Notes under the pieces: generated by a model | The model's input: the letters and a program-made list of their open reading frames with translations, nothing else | What the model was told of the DNA's origin: nothing | The model's database searches: none | Virus record (IMG/VR): IMGVR_UViG_3300048852_000127 | Location: 1 to 45,096 of that record | DNA from: a virus | Lineage: Duplodnaviria > Caudoviricetes | DNA: 45,096 nucleotides | Reading direction: 5' to 3' (one strand) | Position numbers and translations under genes: made by a program | Shown here: one piece after another, positions 43,820 to 45,096 of the stretch | Position numbering within the stretch: position 1 is the first letter of the stretch | Layout: every line of letters starts with the position of its first letter

Positions 43820-45096
43820 TGAAGCGCCGCAAGCCTGCCGGATGGCCGAAATACATGGTTGCCCGACGCCTCGCCTCAGGCGGAACCGGTTATTATTGGT
43901 CCGCGCCAACCTGGGCGAAGAAGGCCGGTTGCACCATGGCCAATGAGGCCCTTGGGACGGACTACAGCGAGGCCAAGAAGCGGTGCGACGAGGTTCTGAA
44001 CCCTCAGTTCGACGCCTGGAACAAGGGGGGCGAGACCGACGCCCCCGCCGCTGGTGAGGGCAAAGCGCTTGCCGGAACCTTTGATTGGATGATCAGAATC
44101 TACAAGGCTTCGCCGCAATACAAGACCAAGGCCGCCAAGACCCGGAAGAGCTATGACGCGGCCGCCTCACTCGTGGCCGATTATCTCCTGAAGAACGGGA
44201 GTCGGTTTGGATCTCTGAAGCTCAAGAGCATCACGCCTGGCGCCGCAGACAAACTCTTCGCAGCGCTCAAGACGGTCAGAGAGCCCGTTCTAGACAAGGA
44301 GGGGCAGCCAGTCATAGGCCCAGACGGGAAACCCGCTGTGCGGCTGCGGGAGCGGACACGGACGGCCATCAGCGCCATGGTGGTCAGTCGACGGGCTTGG
44401 TTTATCGCGAGACGATCCAAGCCCGCAATCGTGCCGCTGGACAACCCTTTCTCGAAGATGGGGCTCAAGTACAAGGCGAAGTCCACTAAGCCGGTCAGCT
44501 ACGAGAGTCTTATGCGGTTCGTGAAGGTGTGCGACGAGGCGGGAGATCACTCAGTCGCCACGGCCGCGATGATCGCGTTCTTCTGGCTGCAGCGCGAGAT
44601 TGACATCCTAAGTCGATTCAGCTGGGCGCATTACCGCCCTGCCGAGGCTCCTGATATGGCCCGGATCTGGCACCATAAGACAGGCGAACTGGTCGATCTT
44701 CCCCTCTACGACGAGGACGGGACAGCCCTGTGGCCCGAGCTGATGGAGCGGCTCGATAGCATGGAACGTCGCGGCACGCTCGTCGTCATGCGGGACCGCC
44801 CAGATAGACGACGCAAGATCTATCTACCGTGGAAGGAAGATTACTTCCGACATGTCGTGGCCTATCATCGCAAGGCAGCAGGCCTCGATCCCGATGAAAA
44901 GTTCATGGGCCTTCGTCACGGCGGCAACACGGAGGGAGCCGATGCGGAATTGACCGATGCGCAGCTTCGCGCGCTCAGCGGCCACAAGACCGCAGACATG
45001 ACCGTTCTATACGCGAAGAAGACGATCCAACAGCGCCGCGTTGGCGCGCGGAAGAGACTTGAAGCTCGAACAAAACGGGGAGATTTGTCGAAATGA
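43819..45096 (+). CDS. int: Tyrosine recombinase / phage integrase
   Basis: QRE.DI (R), HKTG (K), GLRHG, SGHKT and LYAK (Y). Confidence 0.9.
   Translation: MKRRKPAGWPKYMVARRLASGGTGYYWSAPTWAKKAGCTMANEALGTDYSEAKKRCDEVLNPQFDAWNKGGETDAPAAGEGKALAGTFDWMIRIYKASPQYKTKAAKTRKSYDAAASLVADYLLKNGSRFGSLKLKSITPGAADKLFAALKTVREPVLDKEGQPVIGPDGKPAVRLRERTRTAISAMVVSRRAWFIARRSKPAIVPLDNPFSKMGLKYKAKSTKPVSYESLMRFVKVCDEAGDHSVATAAMIAFFWLQREIDILSRFSWAHYRPAEAPDMARIWHHKTGELVDLPLYDEDGTALWPELMERLDSMERRGTLVVMRDRPDRRRKIYLPWKEDYFRHVVAYHRKAAGLDPDEKFMGLRHGGNTEGADAELTDAQLRALSGHKTADMTVLYAKKTIQQRRVGARKRLEARTKRGDLSK

Larger units (their letters stand above)
4616..45096. mobile_element. Temperate siphovirus-like prophage core (lysis to integrase); accessory genes at 1-4400 probably belong to it
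   Basis: Lambdoid gene order: integrase, recombination, cI/cro, replication, antiterminator, packaging, head, tail, lysis. att sites not identified. Confidence 0.95.

Noticed and set aside
1-45096. attL/attR direct repeat or target tRNA
   Set aside because: No convincing repeat between the two ends by eye. The window stops at the integrase stop codon, so att probably lies outside.

Overview
The window is an apparently near-complete temperate siphovirus-type prophage. Its host is probably an alphaproteobacterium (Hyphomicrobiales-like), inferred from a GapR homolog, an alpha-type LexA domain and a GAAC-N7-GAAC box. From the right end it runs: tyrosine integrase and excisionase; an early operon on + (Gp157, ERF, HNH, many small ORFs); a cI/cro switch with five 14-bp operators; an early operon on - (CII-like, GapR, DnaA domain IV, LexA-DBD/RHH, VRR-NUC, MT-A70, replication initiator with iterons, NusG-like antiterminator). 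The late operon follows on -: HNH, terminases, HK97-type portal/ClpP/capsid, tail with a -1 frameshift chaperone, tape measure, J-like tip, tail fibre, GH108 lysin and holins. Accessory genes sit at the left end. No att pair was found. The leading candidates for undescribed biology are: (i) a self-contained promoter/operator, 22-aa peptide, GAAA-hairpin and XRE cassette antisense to the late operon; (ii) three tandem paralogs after J sharing an 'RRIxxG' N-terminus; (iii) adjacent GapR, DnaA-IV and uncleavable LexA-like host-regulator mimics plus a LexA box; (iv) a convergent 3-TM protein / Pro-rich peptide pair in the immunity region; (v) a glycosyltransferase-pyruvyltransferase fusion moron. 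All family assignments come from motif recognition by eye; no searches were run.
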